Origin: Monocercomonoides exilis PA203 | Taxonomy: Eukaryota; Protista; Preaxostyla | Length of the DNA stretch: 64,000 nucleotides | Direction of reading: 5' to 3' | Assembly (NCBI GenBank): GCA_001643675.2 | Contig: LSRY02000005.1 | Span: forward strand, 806,001 to 870,000 | Shown here: piece by piece, positions 1 to 14,200 of the stretch | Layout: the number at the start of each line of letters is the position of its first letter | Numbering within the stretch: the stretch's first letter is position 1 | Position numbers and translations under genes: made by a program | The notes under the pieces: model-generated | What the model was told of the DNA's origin: nothing | Seen by the model: only the letters and a program-made list of their open reading frames with translations | The model's database searches: none

Positions 1-778
1 TTGTGTTTGTGTTTGTGGTGTTTGTGGTGGTGGTGAATGAGTTGTGTGTGTGTGTGGGTTTGGCAGGAATGGTGTGTGTGGATTGTGGTGCAGTGGTGAT
101 GTTTGTGAAGAGTGTGTCCGAGAGATGGAGATCGAGATGGATTTGGAGATGGCGATGGAGAAGGGAAGAAGAAGAGGACACTAAAGGAGAAAAAAGGAAG
201 GGATTGCAAATGGAGATGAAAGAGGAGAAAGAGGAATGTGAAATGGAGAAGGATGCAGGTATTGGGGAGTTGGCATTTGGAAGGAGATTTTGAGGAAGGG
301 AGAAGAGGGGGAAGGAGATGATGGCTGGTTGAGGGATTGTGAGGGAGAAGTTGGCGAGAGAGAGGGAGCTGCGGGAAGAGAGGAAAAGTGGGTGGCTGGC
401 ATCTGCGTGGATTCGGCAGGCAGAGGAGAAAATGGTGCACGATGAGTGATGCTGTGCAGAGAGGAATGCGCAGCCACCGAGAGGCTCCATGACGAGATCG
501 CTCACACACAACGAGGCATTGACGATATTCAGACTTGTTCGAGCACAGCTGACACGATCGCCTGGCGAGAATACAGTTTTTGCTGTACATGTGCCATTTT
601 TATTGTAGTATTTGTTGCTGTGTGTTTCAACGCTGATCGTGCTTACTGGCATCTCCCAACTCATTTCTTGTTGATTTCGTTTTTCTGCAATGCCTATTCC
701 ATTGTCGCAATTTATAACAACAAATGCAAAAACAATTATATTGAGTGCAACTTTCGCGCAGGTTGAGAATCTCGCCAT
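1..778 (-). CDS. 5' part of a putative secreted/surface protein, running off the left edge and absent from the ORF track
   Basis: ATG at 778 opens a stop-free frame to the edge: MARFSTCAKVALNIIVFAFVVINCDNGIG...SFSISHSSFSSFISICNPFLFS...HHHHKHHKHKH. The N-terminus is signal-peptide-like, and SFSSF-type motifs resemble the N-termini of the two receptor-like genes in this window. Confidence 0.7.
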   Translation of the reverse strand, partial: MARFSTCAKVALNIIVFAFVVINCDNGIGIAEKRNQQEMSWEMPVSTISVETHSNKYYNKNGTCTAKTVFSPGDRVSCARTSLNIVNASLCVSDLVMEPLGGCAFLSAQHHSSCTIFSSACRIHADASHPLFLSSRSSLSLANFSLTIPQPAIISFPLFSLPQNLLPNANSPIPASFSISHSSFSSFISICNPFLFSPLVSSSSSLLHRHLQIHLDLHLSDTLFTNITTAPQSTHTIPAKPTHTHNSFTTTTNTTNTNT

Positions 779-1106
779 AAAAGAAGATGAAAGAAAAAAC
801 TGAAAATAAAAATTCCTGCGCCCAAATTATTTTTCCTTTCAAGAAAAATAATTTTGTTAAAAGCAATTCTTGAATGTTCATCGTTTTAATAAAAACTTCA
901 ACTTTTTAATAACTGTTTTTTGTGAAATATTAATAACATTTCTTTTCTTCTCTCTTTCTCTCTCTTTTTCAATCTCTTTATTTTTTTTTTTTTATTTTTT
1001 TTTTTTTTGTAAAAATTCAACTTTTTTCAAAAGAAATCAAATTAACTTGAATAAATATTTCACAAAAGTGTAAATGATTAATAACTTAACGATGAAGAAT
1101 AAATAA

Positions 1107-1989
1107 ATGGAATTTTTTGGCACCCATCATTTACTTGAGCATATGGATGAATTAAAAAAAAGAATTACAGCTTTTGGAGAGTAGTTTGATATTATAATTA
1201 TTATATGTTAACAATATTTAGTTATTCTAAATATGTTTCATTGAGTAGAAGCGGATTAAAAATTTTTGGACTTTGCGCAGATAATATTTGTGTGTATTTT
1301 TACTTGTATCACTTCATCCATTGCTATATTTTTCATAATGCAAGTAAAAACAAAAGAACTTGGCTGTGGAACTTTCATAGAGATGGATCCTTGTATTCGT
1401 TTGAAGTTTATGTAAATTATTTAGTAAATTTATCAATTTTCATTTGCATTTTATAAATTGTTCAAATTTAATATGTATATTCCAATAATTTTGTTTTGAT
1501 TAATCTTCAAACAGTGGAAAAGCAGATGGGAGAGCTTATAAATATTCTTCAAAAATGTGTCAAAAATAATTTTTTTCTGTACTCATTTTTATTGCTGTTA
1601 ACTGGATGCATCTTTTCGACACATCATTTAATATTAAGTGAAGGAAATTGCAGAACAAATATGTGATATTGCAGATTCGAGGAGAAGTCAGGCAAGAGAG
1701 AAAATATCACTTCAAGAGCAAGGATTGTTTGATGAAGCCTTTGAAAGAGAGAGTGTAGTTGTAGAAAATGAAATTGCAGCAGCTGAATGTATTTTGAATG
1801 ATTACTTATCAAAGGTTTGCCCTCATTTTGTTAAAAATTTACAGTTTATTGAATGATTCAATGCTTGACATTATTTAGATGAAGATATTTGAAGAACTAA
1901 AACCAGAATTAACCGAGAGGAAGGCATCAGAATTAAAGATCATGTGGGAAACATCTGGTTTTATTCCAGATGATCTTTTTGGAACATGA
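1107..1989 (+). CDS. Small multi-exon hypothetical helical protein
   Basis: Purine-rich exon blocks (MEFFGTHHLLEHMDELKKRITAFG...; KEIAEQICDIADSRR...LNDYLSK; MKIFEELKPELTERKASELKIMWETSGFIPDDLFGT*) are separated by short AT-rich GT..AG segments. Middle exon boundaries are uncertain. Confidence 0.6.
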
Positions 1990-2292
1990 AGATGATGTAT
2001 AAATCGTGCTCATATTTATAAATAAAGAATTTCTCTGATATTGTTATATATAAAATCACTTTCTTTTTATTTTTACATCACTCGCGCTCAAACATTTGTT
2101 AAACTTTTGTTGTTGTTGATCATGTTAACGCCATTCGTTTTCACCAATGCAATAGATGCAAAAGCGAAACAAAGAAAAAACATTTTTATGAAAGAAAATT
2201 TGAACTAATGAAAAGAAAACTCAAAAACAAGCAACAATACAAAAGAGAAAGAGACCTTACGTTCGTAAGGAAAGTGATAGAAAGAGAGAGAA

Positions 2293-5200
2293 TTACTGCA
2301 TGAGCAGCTTTTCTTCTGCTCTCCTTTCATCATCTTCACTAACCTCTTGCTCTTCTATGTAAGTGAAATTCTCATCTTCAGTATTTTTTTCTTCTTTGGG
2401 TGAAAAGCATTCTTTTCCTTCAACATCCATCTGCATGGCTGCTTCAAGAGAGCACAATATTTCAACACTGCCATCTTGTCTGCTGCCTTTTTCGCATTCT
2501 TCTCCACCCTCTTGGACTTCCAGCTTCGTATCGTCTTTATCAGTGTCTTTGGCTTCATCTCTTTGGCATTCTCTCTCCTGCTCACCTTTGAGTCTCAGTG
2601 GGGATTCTGCACGAGGCGGAGGCGTGTGCCGTTCATCGCTCGAACTAAGCGGAATTGAACCGAACAATTTGAATTCAGACTGGTGATTGTTATCAGTTGA
2701 TTGGGCTGTTGGTGACGTTGTTGATTCAGAAGGCAGGGATGGGATTGTTGCTTCAAGCGAATGCGAAGGAGTGTTCTCCGAAAGATTTTCACGTTCACAA
2801 TCCGATTTTGAATAAGTTGAATTCATTTCACAATTCGGTTTCTCGCTTAAAATCCCAGAATCAGCTAAATCCTGAGTCATTAAGTTGCAAGTTGAAAAAT
2901 TATTTGAACTTGATTTTATAATCTTTCCTTTCTTTAGCAATTCTTGCTCCTTGTCTTTAATGTCCTCCTTTATTTCATATAATCGCTCTCCCATCTCATA
3001 AATCCAATCTTTTCCGTATGTTCTTTTCAGATCAGCCAAAGTTTTTGACAACTTCTGTGAGTATTTTTCAGAATCTGATATTTCAGCGTTAGCGGCAAAA
3101 GCTGCAGCCGAATTAGTAACCGTTGCAAGTGCAGTTTCTGACGATGCAGCTAATTCTTCCTTGTTTTGGTTGATTGCCTTCTTACTGTCCTGAGTCTTTG
3201 ATCTTCTATGAGCAACACTCTTTGGAGAAGAAAACTTAATCCCAAGTGGCTTTGGTGGTTCTGGAGCAGAAATATCAGCAGATTCGGGCTGCTGTTGAGA
3301 AGTGCCTAACTTTTGTTCTGATACGTTTCTTTCATCTTCTTTTGCATCGCCAATTTTTGCTTCTGTTTTTCTATGCTCACGAATTCTATTTCTTCTCAAA
3401 ATCTTTCCAAGCTTTTTCTCCGCATCTTCAATTGAACACGCATCCATCCGAAGCATGGCATCGAGTATCAATCGTGCATCGTTCTTTAACTTTTCGTTTC
3501 GCATTGCTTGTTCTTGCTTTTCTTCTTCCATTGCTTTTTTCATTGTTCCTTCAATGTCGTCTTCTTCTCGGTGTCCGCTCAATTCCTCCTCAGAAACAAT
3601 CGTTTCCATGTGGCAAAGAGGCCCATACTGAAGCACATCAACCATCAGCACTGGCGCAAGCAGCGTCACATCATTCACAGAGGAAGGAATGCTCGCCATT
3701 GCGTCATACAGTCTGAGGTAGCGATCGAGCTGAGGAATGGCAGAAGGGATGGTGGATGGGATTGCTGAGGAAAGAGCTTCTGAAAGAGTTGTGGTTGTCT
3801 GAGGAGAAGACGAAGAGTTGAGTGAAATCGTTTGTGTTTGCTGGGGAAACGAGGCTGTGGACGCTGGATTCACGTGCAATTGTTGGGGAGAAGCCATCGC
3901 ATCGATCTGAGATGTGCTTAGGAATGGGGACGAAAAGATAGGAGAAGCAGAATGCAGAGATGGGGAATAAGATAACGAACTTGGTGAAACTGGCTGCTGA
4001 AGCACAATTGATTGAGTGGAATGGATGGAATTGAGGCTGCGTCGAAGAGATAGAATTGAACGCGGTAAACGAGGAATTTGAAGCGGGCGTTCGATTGATG
4101 GGATGCAGAAGTGCGACAAATTGTATGACAATTTCAGGACTCTTGGATGGCGGAGGGCTGACTGCGAAAGACTGAGTTCTTTGAGAGAGGACAGGAAAGA
4201 CGATACGTGTGTCAGTGAAACAGCATTCGAAATAGGCGAAATGGCTGCAAATGTGGCAGAGTTGAACGGAGAGCACTGTGGTGTGCGGGGAGATGCAATG
4301 TGCGGAGTGAGCGAATACGACGTTGTTGGCGTGGGCGAAGGCAGAGGCGACATCAGCTGGAAGGAGGCAGCAGAGCCTGTGTTGATGAACGGGGCAGGAG
4401 AAGATGGTGGTGAGATTCCTAATGATGTTCCAAGTGAGAAACCTCCGAGACCATCATTGGACGAATACGATGAGGTTGTGGCAAGACAGGCAGAATTTGA
4501 TTGGAAGGCGTGGAGGCACGCACCAGTAGATTGAATAGAAATGCCATCAGTATCGGTTGTCTGCTGCTCGCTCGAAATGCGCTTCTTTTCTTGCGTTGCT
4601 CTGCGAATGCTTGCAATTCTTTTCATTTTGCCAACGGCTTTGCGTATGTTTGCATAGAAGTGATCTGGCTGAGAGCTCTTCAGGATCTTTCTCTCTGCAA
4701 TTGATGACTCCCTCTGCATTTCTGCAGCAAGAACTATCTTCGCAGCAGCCGCTGCCACACTTCCACGGCCTCCAACGCGTTCATTCGTTGGAGGAGCGAG
4801 CTTCAGCAGCAGCACACTCGCCTCGTTCGGGCCGCAGTAGTCGTAAGCAGAGAACACAGTGATAACTCTATTTTCGTGAGCGGCAGAGAATCCACGTGGA
4901 AAGAACTGATGTGCTCTGATGAGCATGTCGATGTTGTTGGAAGCCATGAATCTACGGCATGTGTCCAACGAGTATGGACATCTGTTCCCATTGGGCAAGT
5001 CAACATCCCCCGGATCAGCCCACAAGGTGGTGTGCTGGATGTCCTGCACACGGAAGCGTGGGTGCCCGAAGTTCCACTTCCGCATGGTCGGATCTTCGCA
5101 CTCGGCAAAGTAGTCGAAGCGGTGCATCTTCGGCATCTCCTCCTCCACATTCAGCGCTGGCACCATTGCAGTGAACCCTCCGTGGCAAATGAGAATGTTC

Positions 5201-8200
5201 CGCTCTTCAATGATAGGCGCTGGTGGAGGAGTAGAAAGGAACAAGGCAGATGAAACATCAATTGGAAGAGAGGAATTGTTCAGAGAAGCAGAGTGAACGG
5301 CAGAATGTGCACGTGAGCGTTCTGTGGTGAGAGTGGAAGCTGAGACAGATGAAGTAGACCGAGAAGTTATTAGCGATGTGGAAGAGCTTGATGAAGAAGC
5401 AATCATTGACGGAGTCGAACAATCAGGCGAGTCGAATGAATTTGTTTGCGCATTCCACTTTTGAGAGGCATCTTTTTGAGGCGAAGAAAACGATTCTGGA
5501 AATCCATTGGCAGCTTTCTGCTTTTCATTTATCTGCGTTGTTGCATCACCGAGTACAGAAGGCTGCGAAATAGGAAGCAAGTTCTGAGAACAGGAAGAGC
5601 CGCAAACAATGCAAGAAGGAAGAATAGATGATGATCGTGGAGGAGCTTCAAAAGACTTGCGGTAAATTTGAGATTGTAATGTTCCTTCCAAATTCGAATG
5701 CTCAGATGATTCTTTGCTGAAAATGAGATTGCTCCAGTTGATGAATCTTCGATAGCAAGAAGGACAGATTGTTAGGCTGATTGAATCAAAACCAGTGTTG
5801 TAATTAACATTTTGTTGAGATGTTGTTTTTGATTGGCTGTCATCACATTGACAGAAATATGCATTGTTGATTGAGTTTGAAGATGGCTCATACAAAGTTG
5901 GTGAAGAGATTAGAGACTGAGAGCGTTTGTGACTCATTGAACGTTGTGGAGATGGGAATATTGATGAAATCGGTTGCACCGCTGGTTCTTTAAGTTTCTC
6001 TGTATTTTTGGATAGCGAGTTAAATGAAAGAAAAGATGGACGCATAAGCAAAGGTGATTGGTCTGTTTGAATCGGTCTATGGCAGCTTGAGCACAGAGAA
6101 AGCAAAAATGAGGGAGGTATCATCGGCGCGGCAGCCACAGAAGAATCGTCTGATGAGCATCCAGCTGATGATTGGCCAGACAGCAAAGAAGAGTTCAGAG
6201 AACTGGAAAGAGTGCTTGTTGAAAGATGACGAATGGCAGAGCCAGCAGATTTGGTTCCTGTTTGCAGCGTCTCGATGCTCCGCAAGGATGTCGAAGGGGA
6301 TGCGGTTGCTGATTTACCAGCAGTTGTATTTGAAGAAAGAGGTGCTGTTTGAAGCTGGTTTGATGTTGATTGATTTGCCCCTGCCATAAAACGAGCGAAG
6401 TCTGTGCTGCCCAACGGAGAGAAATGTGGTCTCATCGCCAGCATCTGCTGAGTAAGCGGCTGTGCACCTTTCTTTGCATTCTGAACTTCAATTGACAGAT
6501 TCTTCTTGCTTTTCGAAGGCAAACACTCTGAACTAGATGGAGATGGACTGCTTTGAGGAGTGGAAGCATTTGTAGCAATGTGAGGGATAACAGGAAGCGG
6601 AGGATGATACTTTAGTGTGGCAAGAATAGCAATGGGCATGTTGTTGAACAGCTCCAAAAAGCGTGCATAGAGCGGATGCTTCAGCCGATATTCGTATCGG
6701 CCAAACTGGTTGACGATTCTTGTGCCAGGCGGCATTTCACAGGGAAACTTCTCAAACAGCTCCTCGTTGAATCCCCAGTCAAACGAGCGATAAGACTCGT
6801 GGTTCCCTCTCATCATGAATATGCGGTCAGGCAATGCAAGATGGTATAACAGCAGCAGCAAAATAACTTCGAGTGAGTTCTTTCCTCTGTCCACGTAGTC
6901 TCCCAGAAACACCACTTTCGACCGAGAGTGTGGTGCAGTGATGACTCGATCCACTATTTCGAGGGCAGAGCGGAGAGAGTTCAGAGAACCGTGAATATCA
7001 CCCACCACAAGAAGGCCATGCATGTTGTTCTCTTCGTCGTTCACTCCTTTGTCTGGGGCGTCTTCGCAGATTGAATCGATCCGATTCGACATTCTGTTCA
7101 GCAGCACTTGTTTTGTTGCGCTGAGTGGAGGAATTGTTTTGTTGTTTGGGTTCTTCTCAGAAGGAAGACGCTGATCTGTTTTGCTGTCTCTTGGTATCTC
7201 AATTGGCTGCTCGTCATTGTTTGTACTATCTTCAGTATTCAGCTGTTCTGCAGAAACATAACTGATTGCCTTTCCCTTTCGATAGCCAGGCCCATAGTGG
7301 ACTTCTATCTTCTTTAGCATTGATGAACCAGGCTTTGTGTAATGTGTTTGTGCAAGTGTCAAAATTGAGTCAACCATTTCAGCTGAAAAGTGGAGCGACA
7401 GCTGGCCAGTGGCTGGGAAGTACCTCGAATAGATCATTCTTCTGACCTGCTCCACAAACAGCAGCGAAATCCCGTCTTCGGTTGTGGGGAACTGCAGCTG
7501 CGGTGGCGGAAACGGCTCGCGCAGAGGAAGCATCTTTGAAGGTGTTCTGTGCCAGCCGAAGCGGAAGACAGCCTGACGTGGGTCAAACATGGTGGATGGA
7601 TGAAGAGAGCGAAGGGATGTTGGTGTGGAACAGCGGAACAGACTGCGTGAAATACGCTTCATCCGTCGAGAGGGCTCAAACAAGACGATTTTGGTGTTTG
7701 TGGAGGACGTGGAGGAAGAAGGAGATGAGGAGGAGGATGAGACTTTTGCTGGTGGCTGAGCTGGAGGAGTGAACGAAGAGATTTGATTGTGTGTTGATGG
7801 AAGAATCGAAGCCGAAGGCAAAGAAGGAGCAAAAGCAGGAGTCGATGTAACAGAAGTAGATGTACCAGAAGTTAATTGTGAAGGACCTGCTCCATTTGCA
7901 TGAGTAGGAGAACGAGAAAGGAGCGAACCAGAAATTTGGAGCTGTCTGAAAGAACTTGGAAGATTTGAAAGTGTGCACATCTTTCTGAGTGCTGGAACTT
8001 CCATAAATTTGTCTGAATGCTCACCATTTTGTGCCTTGCTGTTTGCGAGCACCTCAAACTCATCCAATTCGTTCATCCTCTGTTTCTTTGCTCGGATTCG
8101 TCTGCTGCGTTCCTTCCTCCTTTCCTTCAGCTTTTCATCTGCCAATCTTCCCAAACGCTTCTTCATCCGCTCTGTCAAAAGAGGTGTCCAAAGTGTTATC

Positions 8201-11200
8201 TCGTTTCCGTTCAGATCAATTTTTGTTCCAATCTGTTTGGAGTCTTCTTTTGGTTGTTCCGAAAGAGGCTCAGGAACATCTTGTGTGAAATCCTGGCTCA
8301 ACCTCGAGCGCTTTCTAGCTTTGCGCTCCTTTTTCGCTTTCTCTTTCAGTTCGGCTGCTCTTTTTTCTGAGGCAGAGGTGACAGGATCATACGGTGGTGC
8401 TGGTATTTCCCCGACGTCTCTCATTCTTCCTGTTTGAATGTCCTTTTGTGTTGGTTGAGAACACACAGGGAAATAGCGATGATGCAGCGGATGGTACACC
8501 ACCTGGAAAGTGAGTCTCCACGACTCAAAGATACCGACTATACCGCACAGGTGATTGCAGGGCACAAGAGGCGCATGGGAGTGGAGATATGGCTTGAATG
8601 AACGAGGTGGAAGAAATGATTCTTCAGGCGTGATTGGATCTTGCTCGGGAGCTGTGCTGGTGGAGAGGCGATGATGTGTGATGATCTGCTCCTCTGTAAA
8701 TGAAGCGGATGTGGAAGCATATTGTGCTATTGATTTTTCATAAAGCGATGGAGATGAAAAAGATGAGTGAATTTTTTGAGATTTTTCTTGATAGTTTTGA
8801 ATATCATTGCTTGATTGGTAATAGTGCGAAGGCGTTTGATTTTGAAAGTTATTCAGTTTTTGTGTTGGCTGTAACAAAGAGAAATGAGGTAGAAGAGAAG
8901 GATTTGGGAACAAAGATGATGGATGTTGTGTTTGAATGCGTTTCTGAGAGGAAATAGTAACACATGGAACGCTTTCACTCTGCTCAGAAGCCTCAACTCC
9001 GTTTTCATCCATATCACTGGAATCTGCCCTCTGAACTGTTTGTGTATTCTCTGCTTGATCAAAAGACGTATGTGATGCAAGCGAAGAAGCCCTTTGGAGC
9101 TGCACTTTGCGTGCTTCCCGCTCTTCGATGATCAAACAGACTGCTCTTTTCAGCTGCGACGCAAACTCAAGAGACCCAAAATCATCCCAGTAATCCTCAA
9201 ACTTCTCAATCGCCAGAAACTTTCTGTTTTGCTCGTGCTGACGAAACAGCCTTTTCGCTTTTCGCGAATATTTGAATTTCTTTTTGTGATCTTTCTGAGG
9301 TTGTGCTTTTGTCTTTGAACTTGTCTTAAGCCCAGCATCTTGCGATACCTCATTATTGGTGTTAATTTTCATATTGTTTGCATTGTTTTTCCTTTCGTTC
9401 TTTCTCCTCTTTGCTGCATCTATTCCATAAGTCCACTCAACATCCTCTTCGTCGAAAAGCCTATTGCACCATTCGCCTTCGCTCTCCTCTTCTTCCTCAA
9501 ACTGTGTGTACCATCGATCTTCCGGTGCTAATTTATTCGGCTGTACTCTTTCTGGTCGCAATGAAATGTTTCCTGCTCTTTCTTTGATTGTAAATGTTTT
9601 TTCTTTTGTTTTATTTGATGATTTGCGTTTTGTTGCAGATTTGCTACAAGAGTGTGAAGAATCAGATTCAGAACTTGTATTTTTCGAGTTCATGCAGTTT
9701 TCATTGATAATCTCTTCTTCACTTTCAGACAAGACTATATCTTCTGACCCCCCTTCTCCAATCCCATCTTCTGAAAGTGATGAAGAAGACAGCTCGTCAA
9801 TGAAGAATCCTGTTCTGCTGAGCTGTCTGGATGCCAGCTCCCAAACATACTCAGCTGCGTCTTCTTCTCTCAGGAAGTCGTCTTCAGCTGGCTGGTTCTC
9901 ATCCCATTCAGAAACCCTGCGACGTCTGTGACAGCAGCGGTGAGTGTGTTTGAGGTGTTTGCTGTGGTGATGGAGGCATCTGTGCTTCGGATCAACTGAG
10001 CTTGGCTTGGCAAAACGGTCGAAGGAAGGGCTTTGGTTGAATGAAAGATGGTGTTGATGATACGATTGAGTTTCGTGGAGCTGGCGGTCAGAAATCAGAT
10101 GAGGCGAAAGAGAAGGATGTGGAGATTGTCTGACAAGTGAGTGGTCGTCAGGCTGATGTTGTGTATGATGGTGGATCAGACTGTACGACCGACTTTGCTG
10201 TGAATGAATGAGCTGAGGTGACAGAAACTCTGTGTTCGGCTTGCTTGTCTGTCTATCATCCAAGCCTTGTCCACTCATTGTTGAATGTGAAGTTGCTGTG
10301 TTGCTCTGAGAAGGATCCAGCGGAGGCGGCAGCTCAATTGTATTGTCTTCTCTTTCCTTCGCCTTTGACTCTTCTTCTGCAATGTAAATAGCCTGTGGAG
10401 CAGAGGCTGTGAGTTTACTGAGACTAAACGAAGAATCATCAGCTGTGGCAAAGAGAGAAGATTGTGGTGAAATGTGTGTTTTCTGCTGCAGTTGCTGTTG
10501 CTGCTGAGAAAGAATGGGAGAAGTGAAAATCGAAGGGACTTGCTGGTGTGGCAGGTTGTTGTTCAGAGAAGTGGTATCAGTCATTAGCAGCTTCTGCTTC
10601 GAGTCTAATGAAGCAGAATTTGAGAACTGTCGTATGACAGGCGGAGGTGAAGGCGTTGCAGACGAAGATGGAACAGAAGAGCAAAGAGATGGGGAAGAAA
10701 GAAGAGGCGTGGCAGTGGTGAACATCATGTTGTCTGAATGCGCCAATGGTTCAGTCTGTGAACGATGCTCGTCAGACGATGAAGGAGAAGAGATTTGCAA
10801 ACTCTGCAATTCTGGAGACAGATTGATAGCTGAGCGATCGAGAGAGGCTGATGCACTGCTTTGCATTCGCTCAGCGCTATTTGAATGGTTAGCCCCTCTG
10901 CTGCGGCTTGAGAACACCTCATCGTCCACTCCTGAGTCCTCTGTCCCTGTTTCACTGCGGTTGCCGTGTCTTCCATTGTTTCTGTGTGAATTGTGCTCGT
11001 TTCTGTTGCCTGTTTCGCAGCTGAATGAGTCAAATGCATCGGTTGTGCTGCTTTCGGAATCAATAAAAGGCAGTTCGTCTTCGATTCGGCGTGAGAAAAC
11101 AGAACAGTTGAGCGAAAGATGGGAGAATGCGCGTGAATCGTATGAATTGGGTTGCATGTGCTCTTCAACTGAATGAATGGAATGTGGATGGAGATGGCAA

Positions 11201-14200
11201 TGAATGTTATGATGGTGGGCATTATGACAATGATTGTTGTGTTGACTATGTTGGATTTGGCCATCATGATAGTTGTGTATGTATTGATGATGATGATGAT
11301 GATGATGATTGTGTGCGTGATGGCGATGAGGCAGTTGTTGCGAAGCAACTCTGTGTGAAAGACTGGTTGAAGTGATCAAACTCAAGTTCGGTTTGCTTTG
11401 CAGATCTGATCGATAGCTTGGCGAGTGTGTGAGTTCTAATGATATGCTTTCGCCAAGATGAAGAATTCTGTTTTCGCTTCTGCGTTTTTGGAGACTTTTT
11501 GGAGAAGAAACAGGCAAATCACGAGAAAGAGATGCGGCTGCGGCGATGGCAGCAGGTGTTGGAGTAGAAGACAAAGCAGATGAAAGTGCATCAAACGAAT
11601 GTGTCTGACTGAGTGTGGGTGTTTGTGGTTGGTTTTGATGCTGTTGATGATGCTTTTCTTTTTCTTCTTCCTCTTTTTGTTGTTGCTGTGTTTGTGTTTG
11701 TGATATTTCCTTTCCTGTTGAATGAGAATTATCTGTAAAATGAGCAGAAGGCAAGACAGGATGCAAATGATCCTCTGATGCCTTTCTGATTCCGAGCTCT
11801 CTTTGCAACTGGCGAGGCGATGCCATCGGATTAAAAGGGACAGAAAAAGGAAGAATTTGACCAGAAGAGGATTTCAAAAGAGAAGGAGACGACGATTCAG
11901 AAGATGTGTGGATGGCTGAGGGAGATGAAGGAAAAGAAGAAGTGCCCAAAGATGGAAGAGAAAGACGAGGTGGGTGGGTTGTGAATGAAGGTGTGTATGG
12001 AAGAGAAAGAGAAGAAGATATCTGAAAGAGCAGAGGAGAAGAGACCAGCTGAATGGAAGAAGCCGAAAGCGAAGAAAAGTTCGTTGGTGACAGAGATGGA
12101 GAAGGCAAAGGCGAAGATGGCAGAAGCAGCTTCTGTTGACTGTTTTCAGATTGATCGTTCACAAACACGAATTCTGAGTCGCCTTCGCCTATGTACTGCT
12201 TCCAGACAGCATACAGCTCAGCCTGGCTCATCTGGCAGATCGCCTTGCGAATGGCTGATTTTTCGAGCAGGCGCTCTTTTCGCATCAGAAACAGCAGCTT
12301 TCGACGAGAATCGGCTCTTCTTTTGGATCTTCTTAGGACAGAAGCACTGGACGAGTCTGAAAGCGGCAGGGAGGAAGAAAGAGGCTGAGAGAGATTGGCT
12401 GCGGGAGACAGAGGTTGCGATCGAATTGGTATTGACTGGATGTCTGAAGGAGGGTGGGTGATGAAAGTGCCATGGGGAGAAGGCGGAGGAAGGTCTGCTG
12501 CATATTGCAGAGTGAACGAAGAAGCAGAAGACGAAGGCGCCATCGATGATGTGGACAGAGAAGAAGCGATTGGGCGGTCAAAAGACAAGTCAAAGGAGCT
12601 CCTGTGAAGATGGTTCTGTGACTTGCTGAGTTGCGAGAGGGAGTCAGAGGAAGGGTGCAACGAGGTGAATTCGACAGATGGGGAGAGAGAAGAAACAGAG
12701 GAATAATGGCGAGATGGCACAGACTGGTCAAAACTGGTGGAACGAGTGGGAGAGTTAAGGGCATTTGAAGTGGAAGAAAGAAAAGAAGAAGCAGAAGAAG
12801 AAGTAGACGCAGCATCTGATTGTTGAAGAAGCAATTGGGTGAGTGGAGGAGTCATGTTTGAGGAAGTGAACTGAGATGTTTGTGATGTCTGTGATGTGAG
12901 TGAAGAAGTAGAAGGAGAAGAAGTTGTGCGTAACACTTGGTGGCGTGGAGATGCATCTGCCAGCTGAGCAGAAGCCATTCTGAATGGAACAGCTGGCAGC
13001 TGGTTTGAGTCAACACGTTTTGCCAGTGGAGAAGGGAGGCCGTATGTCAGAGAAGCAGAGGAGCTGTGTTGAATGCAAGGACTCTGGGATGCACTGTGGG
13101 GGTGTGCAGATGCAAGCATCCTGTTTGCTCGTAAGGCTGTTTGTTGCTCCTTCGCACGCTGCTTGGAGAGTTGTGTGGGAGTTGAATTGACTGAAAGAGA
13201 ATCGTGATTGGGCAGAGTCTTCGACATCGAGGTCGGAGACTTTCTTACACTCGCATTTTTGCTCCCTCTTTTCACATTCACCTGCGCGGCATCTTCCTTT
13301 TTCTTATTTAAAACTCCATTTCTTTCCGCCTTTGCCCTGACCGCCGCCACAATTCTTGCCTGCCTCTCGTCTCTTGCCCTTCTTTTGATCAGACTTCTGA
13401 GCGCTCTCCCAAACTCACCCCGATGTGCTGCTGATGTGTGGATGGAATACGGTGCAAGCACTCTCTCACGCAAAGCAGCCAGCAAAACACGCGCCAGACG
13501 CAGCTCTTCCAATGCTGTGAGAGAGTTCTGCAGGTGTGATGGGGCTGAACTGGAAGAAGATGAAGAAGATGATGATGATTGCCTGGTAGCAGGTGACTGT
13601 GGATGAGAGCCTTGTTCAGTTGTTGATGGATCAGAAGGCGCCCAAACCTCAGAAACCAAAATAGGATCATTCGTCATTTCTATCTCATTATCTATGCTTG
13701 GCAGCTCAGAAACAGGAGATACGCCTTCTGATGCACTATTTACATTAGGCTCTGCTTCATTCACTTGATTTTCCCCTTCCTTCTCCTTCTCCTTCTCCTT
13801 TTCTTTCTTTCTTCTCCACATCATTGTCTGCACCCCTGTTCCTGGTGCTGCGTTCTCTGGAAGCGAATACCTCTGCTGCATGTTTCCAGGCTGGTACCCG
13901 TCTTCCGCAGGAAGCTCTGTGTGGTTGGGAATCCACACCATCATCTTCCCTTCTCTGTTGTATGCAGCCAGCCTTCCGTTGACATCTCCTTCGACAGATG
14001 GAGGAGCAGGTGTCTTTGAGGAAGGGCGAGTGAACACAGCGAGATTGCGGATGGCAGTGATGAGGGGCATATCAGACGGGATCACACACTGCCCCAGGAT
14101 GCGCCGGCCTTGTGTGATGATGGCAATTAAAGAGGATGTTGGATGAGGGAGAAGCTTTGGTGTTTCACGTGACTTTGCAATAACCTCACAGTCTTGTTTG

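Noticed and set aside
5215-6620. Domain-splitting inserts as inteins or introns
   Set aside because: No Cys/Ser...His-Asn junctions or endonuclease motifs. They stay open in frame and have coding-like composition, unlike the short AT-rich introns here.
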